From Thermoanaerobaculia bacterium (GTDB lineage Bacteria; Acidobacteriota; Thermoanaerobaculia; UBA5066), in the NCBI GenBank assembly GCA_038245905.1, contig JBBRRY010000007.1, forward strand, positions 63,398 through 127,397: 64,000 nucleotides of DNA, read 5' to 3'. Position numbers and translations under genes: made by a program. Shown piece by piece: positions 1 through 9,985 of this stretch. The stretch's first letter is position 1; each line of letters starts with the position of its first letter. A model generated the notes under the pieces. The model was given only the letters and a program-made list of their open reading frames with translations, was not told the DNA's origin and ran no database searches.

Positions 1-256
1 CGAAGACGTGGTGACGACCGGAAGGTCCACACGCGAGGTTCTCGGCATCCTGCATGCAGCGGGCGCCGTGCCCGTCGTGTGCGCGTCGATCGTCGACCGG
101 CGGGCGGCTGGAGCACTCCCGGAGGTGGACGGCGTGCCCTATCGCGCGCTCCTGGCTCTGGACGTGCCGGCGTTCGAGGCGACGGCGTGCCCGCGGTGCG
201 CGGCCGGCGATCCGATCGTCGCGCCGGGCTCGCGCCACCTGGCGGCGAAGATTTGA
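1..256 (+). CDS. pyrE: Orotate phosphoribosyltransferase, C-terminal part (5' truncated by window edge)
   Basis: Frame from nt 2 reads EDVVTTGRS (PRPP-binding loop), then IVDR and a C-terminal CPRC...PGSR tail typical of short PyrE; stop TGA 254-256. Confidence 0.85.
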   Translation, partial: EDVVTTGRSTREVLGILHAAGAVPVVCASIVDRRAAGALPEVDGVPYRALLALDVPAFEATACPRCAAGDPIVAPGSRHLAAKI

Positions 257-1134
257 CCGACGCCGACCTCGTCCGGGCGTTGAAGGAGCGCGCCGGCGCG
301 AACGACTCCCTCGTCTACGCGCACCGCGTGTATGCCGAAACGGCCGCACTCGCGCGTCGACATGGTCTCGTTGCGCCGCGTGCCGCCCTGGAGATCGGGC
401 CTGGCGTGAACCTCGGGTCGCTCTTCTGCTTCGCGGCGTCGGGTGTCCCTGCGCTCTGTGCAGCCGACGTCGTGCCGCTGCCCGAGGCGCCACCCCTCTT
501 CTACGAGACGCTCCACGACTACCTTCTCGCGACCGAAGGCTTCTCCTGGTGGAGGGCCTGGGCGGACCCCGCCTCGACGGTCGCGTCGTTCCCGTCGCTC
601 GAGGCGTTCCCTTCCGCCGCGGCGCTCCTCGGGCGGATCGACCACCGGAGCGGTGTCTCGTCCGAGGCGCTTCCCTTCGAAGACGAGGCTTTCGATCTCG
701 TCTACTCGGTTGCCGCCCTCGAGCACGTGCCCGATCCCGCTGGGACCGCGGCCGAGATGCGGCGCGTCCTGGCGCCAGGCGGCCTCGCGATCCACGAGAT
801 CGACCTCAAGCACCACGGCGCGGCCGACCCGCTGAAGTTTCTCGAGTGGGACGACGCCGAGTGGAAACGGCGCGCGACGCTCTACGGCGGCGACCTTTCT
901 CTCTCGCAGATCCTCGCCGGTTCGTTCGGCGGCGAGGTCTTCTGTAACCGGCTCCGCCGGGACGACTGGCTCGCTGTCTTCCAGGCGGCGGGCTTCTTCG
1001 TCGAGGTGGCCGAGCCAGTCGTCCTGCTGGAAGTGGAGGGCGTCCGGCCGGGCCGCTTCGCGGAGCCTTTCTGCGGACGGCCCGTCGACGAGCTGCGCGT
1101 CCTCTCGCTGCGCGTCGTCGCCCGCCGCGTATGA
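253..1134 (+). CDS. Class I SAM-dependent methyltransferase
   Basis: TTG start overlapping pyrE stop (TTGA); motif I LEIGPG and post-II motif FDLVYSVAALEHVPDP, RRVLAPGG. Confidence 0.8.
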   Translation: MTDADLVRALKERAGANDSLVYAHRVYAETAALARRHGLVAPRAALEIGPGVNLGSLFCFAASGVPALCAADVVPLPEAPPLFYETLHDYLLATEGFSWWRAWADPASTVASFPSLEAFPSAAALLGRIDHRSGVSSEALPFEDEAFDLVYSVAALEHVPDPAGTAAEMRRVLAPGGLAIHEIDLKHHGAADPLKFLEWDDAEWKRRATLYGGDLSLSQILAGSFGGEVFCNRLRRDDWLAVFQAAGFFVEVAEPVVLLEVEGVRPGRFAEPFCGRPVDELRVLSLRVVARRV

Positions 1135-1155
1135 GCGCCTCATAATCGGGTTTCC

Positions 1156-2307
1156 GTGAAGCTCCTGCGAACGCTTGCCGCAAACGTCCTCGTATCCGCC
1201 GCGCTCGCCGCGGGGTTCTTCCTCCTTCTCGAGGGAGGCTGCCGCGCTGCCCGCCGCGTGACGTCCGGCGTGTGGCCGGCGACGCGCGCCGAGGAGCGCG
1301 CGGCGTTCTCGCGCCACGTGCGGGGAGCCCTCGCGCGGCATCCGTACCTCGTGATCGCGGGCTTGCCGGGAGGAGGCCTCGACCTCCCCGGGATTTCGGT
1401 GCGGATGAACGCGCATGGGTATCGGGGGTCCGACGTGCCGACACCGAAGCCGGCAGGCCGGTACCGTGTCGTCTGCACCGGGGGATCGACGACACTCGAC
1501 GTGCGCGCTCGAGACGACGCTCACACCTGGCCGGCGCGGCTCGGGGCACGCCTCGCGGCGGAGGACGTGGATGTCGTGAATGCCGGAATCTCCGGCTGGA
1601 CGACGGTCGAGAGCCTGATCTCGCTCGCGATTCGCGACATCGACCTCGCACCGGACCTCGTAGTCGTGTACGCGGGCGTCAACGACGCGCAGCCGGCTGG
1701 TTTCTCGCCGTTCGCGCGGGACTACTCGCGCGGGCACGCCGAGATCCTCGCACGGACCGTCGGAGTCGAACCGCCTCCCTTCTCGATCTCCTCTCGTTCG
1801 TTCCTGATCCAGACGCTCGGCGACGCGCTTCGCGGCGGGCCTCGCCGCGAGGTGGTCCACGAGGCCGCGTGGAAGGGAACCGGGGCCCGCGCCTCCGACG
1901 TGCCGGACGAAGCGGTCGCGGTATTCGAGAGAAATCTGCGCACAACGATCGCGATCGCGCGTTCCGGGGGTGCGCGAACGCTGCTGGTCGCGCAGTCGGT
2001 GCGGCTTCGGCGCGGCTTCGAGGCAGCCGACCGGGAGTACTACGAGTCGTGGACGCCGGGCCTTACGTTCGCGGGCGCGGAGCGTGCGCTGGCGCGTTAC
2101 AACACGGTGAGTCGCGGCCTCGCGGACGGGGACGGCGTGTTCTTCCTCGATCCGTTCGCTTCGGGAGCGTTCGTCGACGCGGATTTCGCCGACCCGGTCC
2201 ACTTCTCGGAAGCCGGAGGGGACCGGTTCGCCGGCGTGCTCGCGGCGTTCCTCGCGAAACCGGGCGGGCTTCTGGCCGGGGCACGTAAGGTACGAACCGG
2301 CCGCTGA
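1156..2307 (+). CDS. Membrane-anchored SGNH/GDSL hydrolase family protein
   Basis: N-terminal hydrophobic helix; blocks GGSTT, NAGISG, YAGVND, DPVH. Confidence 0.8.
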   Translation: MKLLRTLAANVLVSAALAAGFFLLLEGGCRAARRVTSGVWPATRAEERAAFSRHVRGALARHPYLVIAGLPGGGLDLPGISVRMNAHGYRGSDVPTPKPAGRYRVVCTGGSTTLDVRARDDAHTWPARLGARLAAEDVDVVNAGISGWTTVESLISLAIRDIDLAPDLVVVYAGVNDAQPAGFSPFARDYSRGHAEILARTVGVEPPPFSISSRSFLIQTLGDALRGGPRREVVHEAAWKGTGARASDVPDEAVAVFERNLRTTIAIARSGGARTLLVAQSVRLRRGFEAADREYYESWTPGLTFAGAERALARYNTVSRGLADGDGVFFLDPFASGAFVDADFADPVHFSEAGGDRFAGVLAAFLAKPGGLLAGARKVRTGR

Positions 2308-2349
2308 GGGCGACGCTCCCGGTAGAATCCGCGCCGGGAGTACCCGCCC

Positions 2350-4275
2350 ATGAGCCCCTCGCCCCGTCCCACGCTCCTCCTCGACAAGGTGAACTGGCCG
2401 CGCGACCTGCGCACGCTGACGCCGGAGCAGCTGCCGCTCCTGGCGGACGAGCTCCGCACGTTCGTCATCGACACAGTCGCCAAGACGGGTGGGCACTTCG
2501 CGTCGGGCCTCGGAGCGGTGGAATTGACGATCGCGCTCCACTACGTGTTCGACACGCCCAAAGACCTTCTCGTCTGGGACGTGGGCCACCAGACGTATCC
2601 GCACAAGGTCCTCACCGGCCGGCGCGACCGGCTCAAGACGATTCGTCAGGCGGGAGGGCTTTCGGGTTTCACGAACCGTGCGGAATCAGAGTACGACGTG
2701 TTTGGCGCCGCGCACGCCTCGACGGCGATCTCCGCGGCCCTCGGAATGGCAATCGCCCGGGATCTCCGGGGAGAGAAGAACGAAGTCGTCGCGATCGTGG
2801 GCGACGGCGGTCTCACGGGCGGCGTGGCGATGGAGGGTCTGAACCAGGCCGGTTACCTCAAGAGCAAGCTTCTCGTGATCCTGAACGACAACGACATGTC
2901 GATCTCGCCGAACGTCGGCGCCATGTCGGGTTACCTCCTCCGGATCGCGCGCGGGCAGATTTACCAGCGCGTGCGCGAGGACGTCGCGCACATCCTCAAG
3001 AAGCTCCCGGCGGGCCAGAAGCTCGCGGGCCTGGCCGAGGCGCTGGAAGACGGCATCAAGAAGGTGCTCGTCCCCGGCACGCTCTTCGAGGAGCTGGGCT
3101 TTCGCTACATCGGCCCGATCGACGGACACAACCTGCCCGTTCTCCTCCGGACGCTCCGGGAGACGAGGCAGATGGAGGGGCCCGTCCTCCTCCACGTCCG
3201 CACGACGAAGGGAAAAGGCTACCAGTGGGCCGAGGAGGATCCCGTCTACTGGCACGGCCCCGCTCCCTTCCAGGTGGACACGGGCGAGATCGCGAAGAAG
3301 TCGGCGCCCCCGAGCTATACGGCCGTCTTCGCGGACGCGCTCTCGGAGATCGCCGCCAAGGACCCGCGCGTCGTCGCCGTCACGGCCGCGATGTCGGAGG
3401 GGACGGGGGTCGACCGTTTCGCGAAGAAATTCCCGGAGCGGGCCTTCGACGTGGGAATCTGCGAGCAGCACGGCGTCCTGTTCGCCGCGGGCCTCGCGAC
3501 GCAGGGCTTCCGGCCCGTCTGCGCGATCTACTCGACGTTCCTCCAACGGGCGTACGACCAGATCATGCACGACGTCTGCCTCATGGATCTGCCGGTCGTC
3601 TTCGCGCTGGACCGCGCGGGCGTCGTGGGCGCGGACGGCCCGACCCACCACGGCGTCTTCGACCTGACGTATCTTCGCGTCTTCCCGAACATGCAGGTCT
3701 GCGCGCCGAAGGACGAGAACGAGCTCCGGCACCTCGTCGCGACGGCTCTCGCATCCGACCATCCGACGGCTATCCGATATCCGCGCGGCGCGGGGTACGG
3801 CGTGGCGATGGACCCGGAGCTCAAGCTGCTGCCCGTGGGGAAGGGCGAAGTGCTGCGCGTCGGAAAAGACGGCGTCGTGTTCGCCATCGGCGATCCCGTC
3901 CTGCCCGCGCTGAAGGCCGCCGAACGCCTCGCGAAGGAAGGCGGTCCGTCGCTCACCGTCGTGAACGCGCGTTGGGTCAAGCCTTTCGACAAGGAGCTGC
4001 TCGCGCAATTCGTGAAGTCGGGGACGAAGGTCCTGACGGCCGAGGAGAACCAGCTGGCGGGCGGCTTCGGCTCGGCGGTCGTCGAGGCGCTCGAGGAGCT
4101 CGGCGTCGTCGCCGACGTGAAGAGGATCGGCATTCCAGACAGGTTCATCGCGCACGCGACACAGACCGAGCAGCGCCACGACCTCGGCCTCGACGAGGAC
4201 GGCCTCGTCGCGTCCTTCCGGGAGCATCTCGCCTCGAAGGGAGCCCTCGTCCCTCTCGCGGCGCGGTCCGCCTAG
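2350..4275 (+). CDS. dxs: 1-deoxy-D-xylulose-5-phosphate synthase
   Basis: GGHFASGLG, WDVGHQTYPHK, GDGGLTGG...LNDN TPP motif, YSTFLQRAYDQ, DGPTHHG, IRYPRG. Confidence 0.98.
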   Translation: MSPSPRPTLLLDKVNWPRDLRTLTPEQLPLLADELRTFVIDTVAKTGGHFASGLGAVELTIALHYVFDTPKDLLVWDVGHQTYPHKVLTGRRDRLKTIRQAGGLSGFTNRAESEYDVFGAAHASTAISAALGMAIARDLRGEKNEVVAIVGDGGLTGGVAMEGLNQAGYLKSKLLVILNDNDMSISPNVGAMSGYLLRIARGQIYQRVREDVAHILKKLPAGQKLAGLAEALEDGIKKVLVPGTLFEELGFRYIGPIDGHNLPVLLRTLRETRQMEGPVLLHVRTTKGKGYQWAEEDPVYWHGPAPFQVDTGEIAKKSAPPSYTAVFADALSEIAAKDPRVVAVTAAMSEGTGVDRFAKKFPERAFDVGICEQHGVLFAAGLATQGFRPVCAIYSTFLQRAYDQIMHDVCLMDLPVVFALDRAGVVGADGPTHHGVFDLTYLRVFPNMQVCAPKDENELRHLVATALASDHPTAIRYPRGAGYGVAMDPELKLLPVGKGEVLRVGKDGVVFAIGDPVLPALKAAERLAKEGGPSLTVVNARWVKPFDKELLAQFVKSGTKVLTAEENQLAGGFGSAVVEALEELGVVADVKRIGIPDRFIAHATQTEQRHDLGLDEDGLVASFREHLASKGALVPLAARSA

Positions 4276-4553
4276 CCTTCGACCTGACCTCCGGTCTAGC
4301 TACTTCGTGAGCGGTGGGCCGAAGCTAGCTGCGGGGGTTGAGCTGATCGGAGGCGGCGTTTTGGCTCGACCGCATACCTCCCTCGGGGTAGTACCGGTGC
4401 ATCTCGAAAGGAATCGTCGGAGAGAGTCACTACCTTGTGAAGGGATGCACAAGCTGTCCGGAGAGCCCGAGTAACGCTGAAAACGATGCCTTTGAGCGTA
4501 GTTTGCCTTCCGCCATCAGCTTGTGCCGTCCTAAACAATTTTGGAGGTATTCT

Positions 4554-6999
4554 ATGAGAGGATCTGCTAGTTGCTGGGTTGATCATTCTTCTTGGGCTCA
4601 CGCAGGCGGCAGCCGGTGAGCAAATACTTCACATCCGTAAGCCTCTAGCAACGACCTATACGAAGGTGACCGCAAGCCAGCTTAAGGCGCTTACCGCGCA
4701 CGGCATCCGGGTGCTGGAGGATTATGGTCCCTTCCTGATCGCGTCCGCGCCCGACAATGTCGGCTTGACGGCCGTCAATTCCGAGACAGGCTTGAGTGCG
4801 GCCGTCGACCCGGACGCCTTCGTCCTCGACCTCGGCGGCGTCATCCTTGATACTCGTGATCCCGGCAAGATCCTGCAGTCTCTGCCCAGCGATCTGGCAT
4901 TTACCGATTACAGCGGTCCGACGGGCCTATACGCCGTTCAGTTTCACAGCCCTGCTCGGCCCGAGTGGCTGAACGCGCTCAAGGCCGCAGGTGTACGGGT
5001 CATCCAATACGTCTATCGGAACAGCTACATCGTCGCCGCGCCAGCCGGCATCGAGAAGCTGCGCGGCGCGCTTGGCCCAGAAGTTCGCTTCGCGGGTGTG
5101 GTTCAGCCATTTTTCAAACTCGCGCCGGCGCTTCGAGACGCGACCGTGCTTGCGGGCACTGCTCGGCAGGCAGTATCTGTCTTGTTAGACTCCGCTCAGG
5201 ATCTAAAAAGCACGATTGCCGCGCTGCAGTCCATCGACTCCGAGTTGAAGACCTACCCTAAAGCGATGGACGAGATGATCGTCACCTTGGCTGCCGCCCC
5301 GGCCGACTGGAAAGAGATCGCTTCCTTTTCCACGACGCGCTGGATCGAACCGATTTATGAAGCCCATGTTTCGGACGAAAGAGCGAGCCAGGTGAGCGCC
5401 GGGCACTATTCGGCGTGGGATGCGACGGGGCCCGGTCAATACAAGTCGTGGCTCACGAACCTTGGCCTCTCGTTTTCGAACGAGATTGTCGACATCGTGG
5501 ATACGGGTCTTCAGAATTCCTTGGAAGACCAGAGTGGTTGCCTAACGGGAGCTTCGATTCCGGGTGGACATCAAGATCTCAATAACTCTAGCTTCATGAG
5601 CCGCCTCGCATATGCCTGCGCCTATAACGGGCTCACGACGACGAACGACGGCTTCTATCATGGCACCTTCATCGCCGGGCTGATCGCAGGAGATCCGACG
5701 CAGACCGGCGGAACTGGGAGCGCAGATTCGAGCGGGTATTACTGGGGCATGGGCGTCGCGCCGGGCGTGAGGATCGGTGTCTCCCGGGTAATGACGAACA
5801 ATGGAACGCTCCCCCCTCTTTCATCGATGCCCGGGATCCTCGACTCGATTGGGCAACGGACCGTCGACTATCACGCCTACTTTCAGAACAATAGCTGGAA
5901 TTTCTCGGATACGACGTACTCGCTTACGTCCAGGGAGATGGATCGCCTGGTGCGTGACGCGACCGGGAATTTTTCAAGCTATCTCAACGCCCTTACGATC
6001 GCGGCCGCCGCAGGCAATCGAAACCCCAACGATGACCGTAAGGTCTGGGCGCCGGGCACCGCAAAGAACGTCATCACAGTGGGCGCGACGGGCCTGCCCA
6101 GAAGCGGCCTGCCGGGGGCCTGCAACACATCAGTCGTGATCTCTGACATCCCGTCCATCAGCAGGATGGGGCTCGCATACGATCTCAACCGGTTCAAGCC
6201 AGACATCATGGCGCCGGGTCGAAGCATCACGTCGGCGCGCACATTTGATGCCACCGCTCCCAACCAGGGCGCTAGCGACTGCGCGACCTACACCGGGTTG
6301 ACACCCTATCAGGCGGCCCTCCCGTCGCAGGGCGGGCCCTATGGAGCCGGTCACGGCACCAGCTTCTCGACGGCTCTCGTTACGGGTGCCGCGGTCCTCG
6401 CTAAAGCGAAGATCGGTGGAACGCCATCGCCGGCGATGATCAAGGCGACTTTGATCGGGGCGGCGTCATCCATGCAGGGCGGATACGACTACGTCTTGGA
6501 TTCAACAGTGGGGTGGGAACCGTCCTCAGTGCAAGGGTGGGGTCGGTTGGACCTGGCGAAACTCCTGGAGGACAGCACGCCAAAGGTCTACAAGGACTCG
6601 GTGTCTCTTCGATTCACCCAAGCAGGGGCCTACCAGAACTTCTCCTTCACAGTTGCAGATCCAACAAAACCCATAATCGCAGTGCTTGTTTTCACCGACG
6701 CTGCTGCGAACGCGGGACAAAGCTTCACGTCCGTCAACGAGGTCGACATGTATCTTCTTCAGGCCGGCGCCGTGTATTGCGACGGTCAATACGGCACGCC
6801 CTATTCGTACCGAAGTTCCTCATGCTGGCTCCCTGACTTCTATAACAACGTCAAGCGCGCGTTCATTGCCCCGAACAGCTTCTCAGGCGCATTCACAATC
6901 CAAATGGTCGCGAGCTCGGTCAACCAGGTGGCAGTACCGGGGTTGGACAGCGGTAATCCCAACCAGGATTGGGCGCTGTTCATTTACAATGCTTACTGA
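4554..6999 (+). CDS. Secreted S8 (subtilisin-like) serine peptidase with prodomain; 5' end appears frameshifted
   Basis: Triad VDIVDTG, HGTFIAG, GTSFS; oxyanion AAAGN; KPDIMAPG. SD GGAGG at 4543-4547 and ATG 4554 are one base out of frame with the main ORF, which is open from 4558 (TTG 4579). Confidence 0.85.
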
Positions 7000-7894
7000 T
7001 CGACTCCTTCGCGCGGCCTGTCGAGTTTCAGCGGCGCTGCTGGCTTGCCTGGCGACGGGTTCTCAAGGCGCCGAAATCGTGCTGCCCGCTCTCGCCGCTC
7101 ATGTGGAAGGAGCGAACGGGTCGGTCTGGGCGAGTGAGGTTCGCGTGACGAACTTCTCTTCGGTCCCCAGAACCATCCGGATCGTCGACTGGATCGGAGC
7201 GCCAGGATGGATTCCGAGCACGTATTCTCTTCCGCCGGGAGCCACGACGTCGATCTCGGCGTGGTCCATTTATGCGGGCAGCCGCGCGAACGAAGGTTCT
7301 CTCAGGTCTCCGAACCCCTTCGGGGCAGCCGTCGCGGACGTGGAGGACGGTTTGTTCGTCCAGACCGCCATCCTTACGGGTAGCCCACGCGGGGAGTTTG
7401 GAACAGCGGGCGACTTCGCCCGCTGCTCAGAATGGACTGGTGGATGGCTCTATCCCGTCGGCGGCATTTTTCTCCCGGACGGGACGGAGTTAAACACGGA
7501 CGGATGCAATGAAGGCGCAGGACCCGTCATCGACAACGCTTCCACCTTTTTCCCAGCTGGTACTCAGATCCTCCTCTCTTGGCTCCACACGGACTCGAAG
7601 CGGCGCGTGAACCTCTCGTTCGTCAACCCGGACGCGGTGGCGGCGGACGTCACGATATCCGTGTATCCCGCCGACGGCGCGTCTCCGCTCATCGCCCACG
7701 TAACGGTGCCCGCGCGCACGGTCTCTCAAATCAACGATATCTTCTCGACGTACTTCAGCAGCGTTCGCGCGCGGAATGAAGCGCTGAAGGCCGTCGCTGC
7801 TCGCGCCACGATCGTGGCGACGACTCGGCTCTACCCTCTCGCGTACGTCATCAGTAACCAGAACAATACCGTCTCGCTCTCGCTTCCGCGCTGA
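6989..7894 (+). CDS. Secreted hypothetical protein with LPAxAHxxGANGSxWxSEVRVxN-type beta modules
   Basis: ATG 6989 overlaps the protease 3' end; signal peptide MLTDRLLRAACRVSAALLACLATGSQG; second module RRVNLSFVNP...VTVPART...AYVISN. Confidence 0.7.
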   Translation: MLTDRLLRAACRVSAALLACLATGSQGAEIVLPALAAHVEGANGSVWASEVRVTNFSSVPRTIRIVDWIGAPGWIPSTYSLPPGATTSISAWSIYAGSRANEGSLRSPNPFGAAVADVEDGLFVQTAILTGSPRGEFGTAGDFARCSEWTGGWLYPVGGIFLPDGTELNTDGCNEGAGPVIDNASTFFPAGTQILLSWLHTDSKRRVNLSFVNPDAVAADVTISVYPADGASPLIAHVTVPARTVSQINDIFSTYFSSVRARNEALKAVAARATIVATTRLYPLAYVISNQNNTVSLSLPR

Positions 7895-7938
7895 GTGTGC
7901 ACGCCCCTAGGAGCCCGGCTGGTCCCCCAGACGGACTC

Positions 7939-8847
7939 CTAGTTGTTTCGCCGGTCGAGACCCCGGTCGTCCCACGACGCGGGATCCTCGAGCGGTTCGA
8001 GGTGGGTCAGAACACTGCTGCCGGGAAGGGCTTCGGCCACGCCGCGCTCGATTTCTTCGCAGACGTCGTGGCCGCGTTTGACGGGCCAGGCACCCGGCAC
8101 GAGGACGTGCATCTGGATGAATCGGCGCGGGCCGGCGGCGCGCGTTCGAAGGCCGTGGATGACGACGCCGCGGGCGTGAAAGCGCTCGAGCAGGCCCGCG
8201 AGGGCGGCCTGATCGTCGTCCGCGATCGCCCGGTCGAGGAGGCCGTGACTCGTTTGCTGAAGCAGGCGGACGCCCGTCCAGACGATGTTCGCGGCGACCA
8301 GGAGGGCGACGATGGGATCGAGGACCAGCCAGCCCGTCGCCCTCACGAGGAGGACGCCCACGAGTACGCCGGCGGACGTCCAGACGTCCGTCAACAGGTG
8401 TTGGGCGTCGGCGGCGAGAGTGATGGAGCGCAGGCGCTTCCCGGCCCGTAGGAGGGCGACCGCGACGCCGCCGTTGATCGCGGATGCGAGCACCGAGATC
8501 CCGAGACCCAGCCCCACGTTCTCGATCGGCTGGAGGTTCCGGAGGCGGTCGATGGCCGCGACCGCGATCGCGGCTGCCGCGGCGAGAATCATCATTCCCT
8601 CGAATCCGCTCGAGAGATATTCGGCCTTCGTATGGCCGAACTCATACGTAGCGTCGGCGGGCTTGCTCGCGCGCCAAAGGGCCCAGAGGGCGACGAGCGC
8701 CGCGAGAAGATTCACGCCGGACTCGGCCGCATCGGACAGGAGGCCGACGGAGCCGGTGAGCTTCCACGCGTAGACCTTCAGACCGATCGTCGAGACCGCG
8801 GCCGCGATCGAGATTCCTGCATAGAACGTCGCGGGACGATCCGCCAT
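7939..8847 (-). CDS. Cation diffusion facilitator (FieF-like) metal transporter
   Basis: GSVGLLSDAAES, FGHTKAEY, ADAQHLLTDVWTS, LDPIVAL, C-terminal THLEP. Confidence 0.92.
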   Translation of the reverse strand: MADRPATFYAGISIAAAVSTIGLKVYAWKLTGSVGLLSDAAESGVNLLAALVALWALWRASKPADATYEFGHTKAEYLSSGFEGMMILAAAAAIAVAAIDRLRNLQPIENVGLGLGISVLASAINGGVAVALLRAGKRLRSITLAADAQHLLTDVWTSAGVLVGVLLVRATGWLVLDPIVALLVAANIVWTGVRLLQQTSHGLLDRAIADDDQAALAGLLERFHARGVVIHGLRTRAAGPRRFIQMHVLVPGAWPVKRGHDVCEEIERGVAEALPGSSVLTHLEPLEDPASWDDRGLDRRNN

Positions 8848-8920
8848 CGTCGGGAGGTTGAGATGCGGTGCGCACCTCGTCAAGCGGGAGGATGCATCAG
8901 CGTCCTGCTAGGCTCGGGGC

Positions 8921-9985
8921 ATGCGGGCACTCGTCTGCGACGGGCCGGGGCGGGTGGCCCTCCGTGAGGTCGCGACCCCGGAGCCGGGGCCGGGCGAGGT
9001 CCTCGTGCGCGTGGCCGTCGCGCTCACGTGCGCGACCGATTTCAAGATTCTGAAGCGGGGCCATCCGAAGATCCCGTTCCCTCTCACGCTCGGCCACGAG
9101 TTCGCGGGCCGGATCGAAAGAGCGGGCGCGGGGACGCCCTTCGACGTGGGGGATCGCGTGACGTCGGCGGTGTCGGGCCCGTGCGGAGACTGCGAGACCT
9201 GCCGTGCCGGCCGGCAGAACCTCTGCGCGTCGGCTTTCGACCAGCCGCTCTTCGGGGCCTTCGCGGACTTCATTCTCGTCCCGAAGCGCATCGTGAGGAA
9301 CGGGCTGAGGCGGATTTCTGAAGGACTCTCAGACGAAGCGGCTGCCCTCCTCGATCCGCTGGCGAGTGTCGTGCACGCGATCGGCCGGGTGGAGAGGTCC
9401 ATGGGCGGCGACGTTCTGATCGTTGGCACCGGCCCGATCGCGGCGATGCTGTTTTTTCTCTTGAGCGGGAAAAAGAAGGAGACGGAGAGGACGGGCGCGG
9501 AACGCCGGATTGTCGTCGCGGGACGGCGGGAGGAGAGACTCGTTTTCTTTGAAAGGAACAGAGCGGAGATTGTGCGCATCGCCGACCCTTTGCGCGAGCC
9601 GGCCGCCGGAGCCTCCGGTCTCCTCTTCACCTTCAAAGAAAATCCCCGGTCTTTCTCTCTCGTCATCGACACGACCGGCGCTGCCGGCGTGATCGAAGCG
9701 CTGCCCGGACTCGCCGCGGACGGCGGGACAGTGCTCCTCTTCGCCGGGCTGCCCGCCGGGGCTCGTGTCTCCCTCGACGCGCACGCGATCCACTACCGCG
9801 AGGTGTCGATCGTCGGCTCGTTCCACTACACGCCGCAGGAAGTTGATGAAGCCCTCACGCTCCTTTCGAAGGGAGCGGTCCCGGCCTCGGAGGTCGTCTC
9901 AGCGGCTCGCCCTCTCGCCGACTGGCGGGTCGCGTTCGATCTCGTGAAGGGCGGCGCCACGATGAAGGTTGGTCTCGTCCCGTGA
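8921..9985 (+). CDS. Zn-dependent alcohol/sugar dehydrogenase (MDR family)
   Basis: CATD, LGHEFAG, structural Zn CGDCETC-x7-C, Rossmann GTGPIA. Confidence 0.88.
   Translation: MRALVCDGPGRVALREVATPEPGPGEVLVRVAVALTCATDFKILKRGHPKIPFPLTLGHEFAGRIERAGAGTPFDVGDRVTSAVSGPCGDCETCRAGRQNLCASAFDQPLFGAFADFILVPKRIVRNGLRRISEGLSDEAAALLDPLASVVHAIGRVERSMGGDVLIVGTGPIAAMLFFLLSGKKKETERTGAERRIVVAGRREERLVFFERNRAEIVRIADPLREPAAGASGLLFTFKENPRSFSLVIDTTGAAGVIEALPGLAADGGTVLLFAGLPAGARVSLDAHAIHYREVSIVGSFHYTPQEVDEALTLLSKGAVPASEVVSAARPLADWRVAFDLVKGGATMKVGLVP

Noticed and set aside
4296-4619. Short ORFs 4296-4601(-) and 4437-4619(+)
   Set aside because: No recognisable protein features; region better explained as the protease promoter/leader
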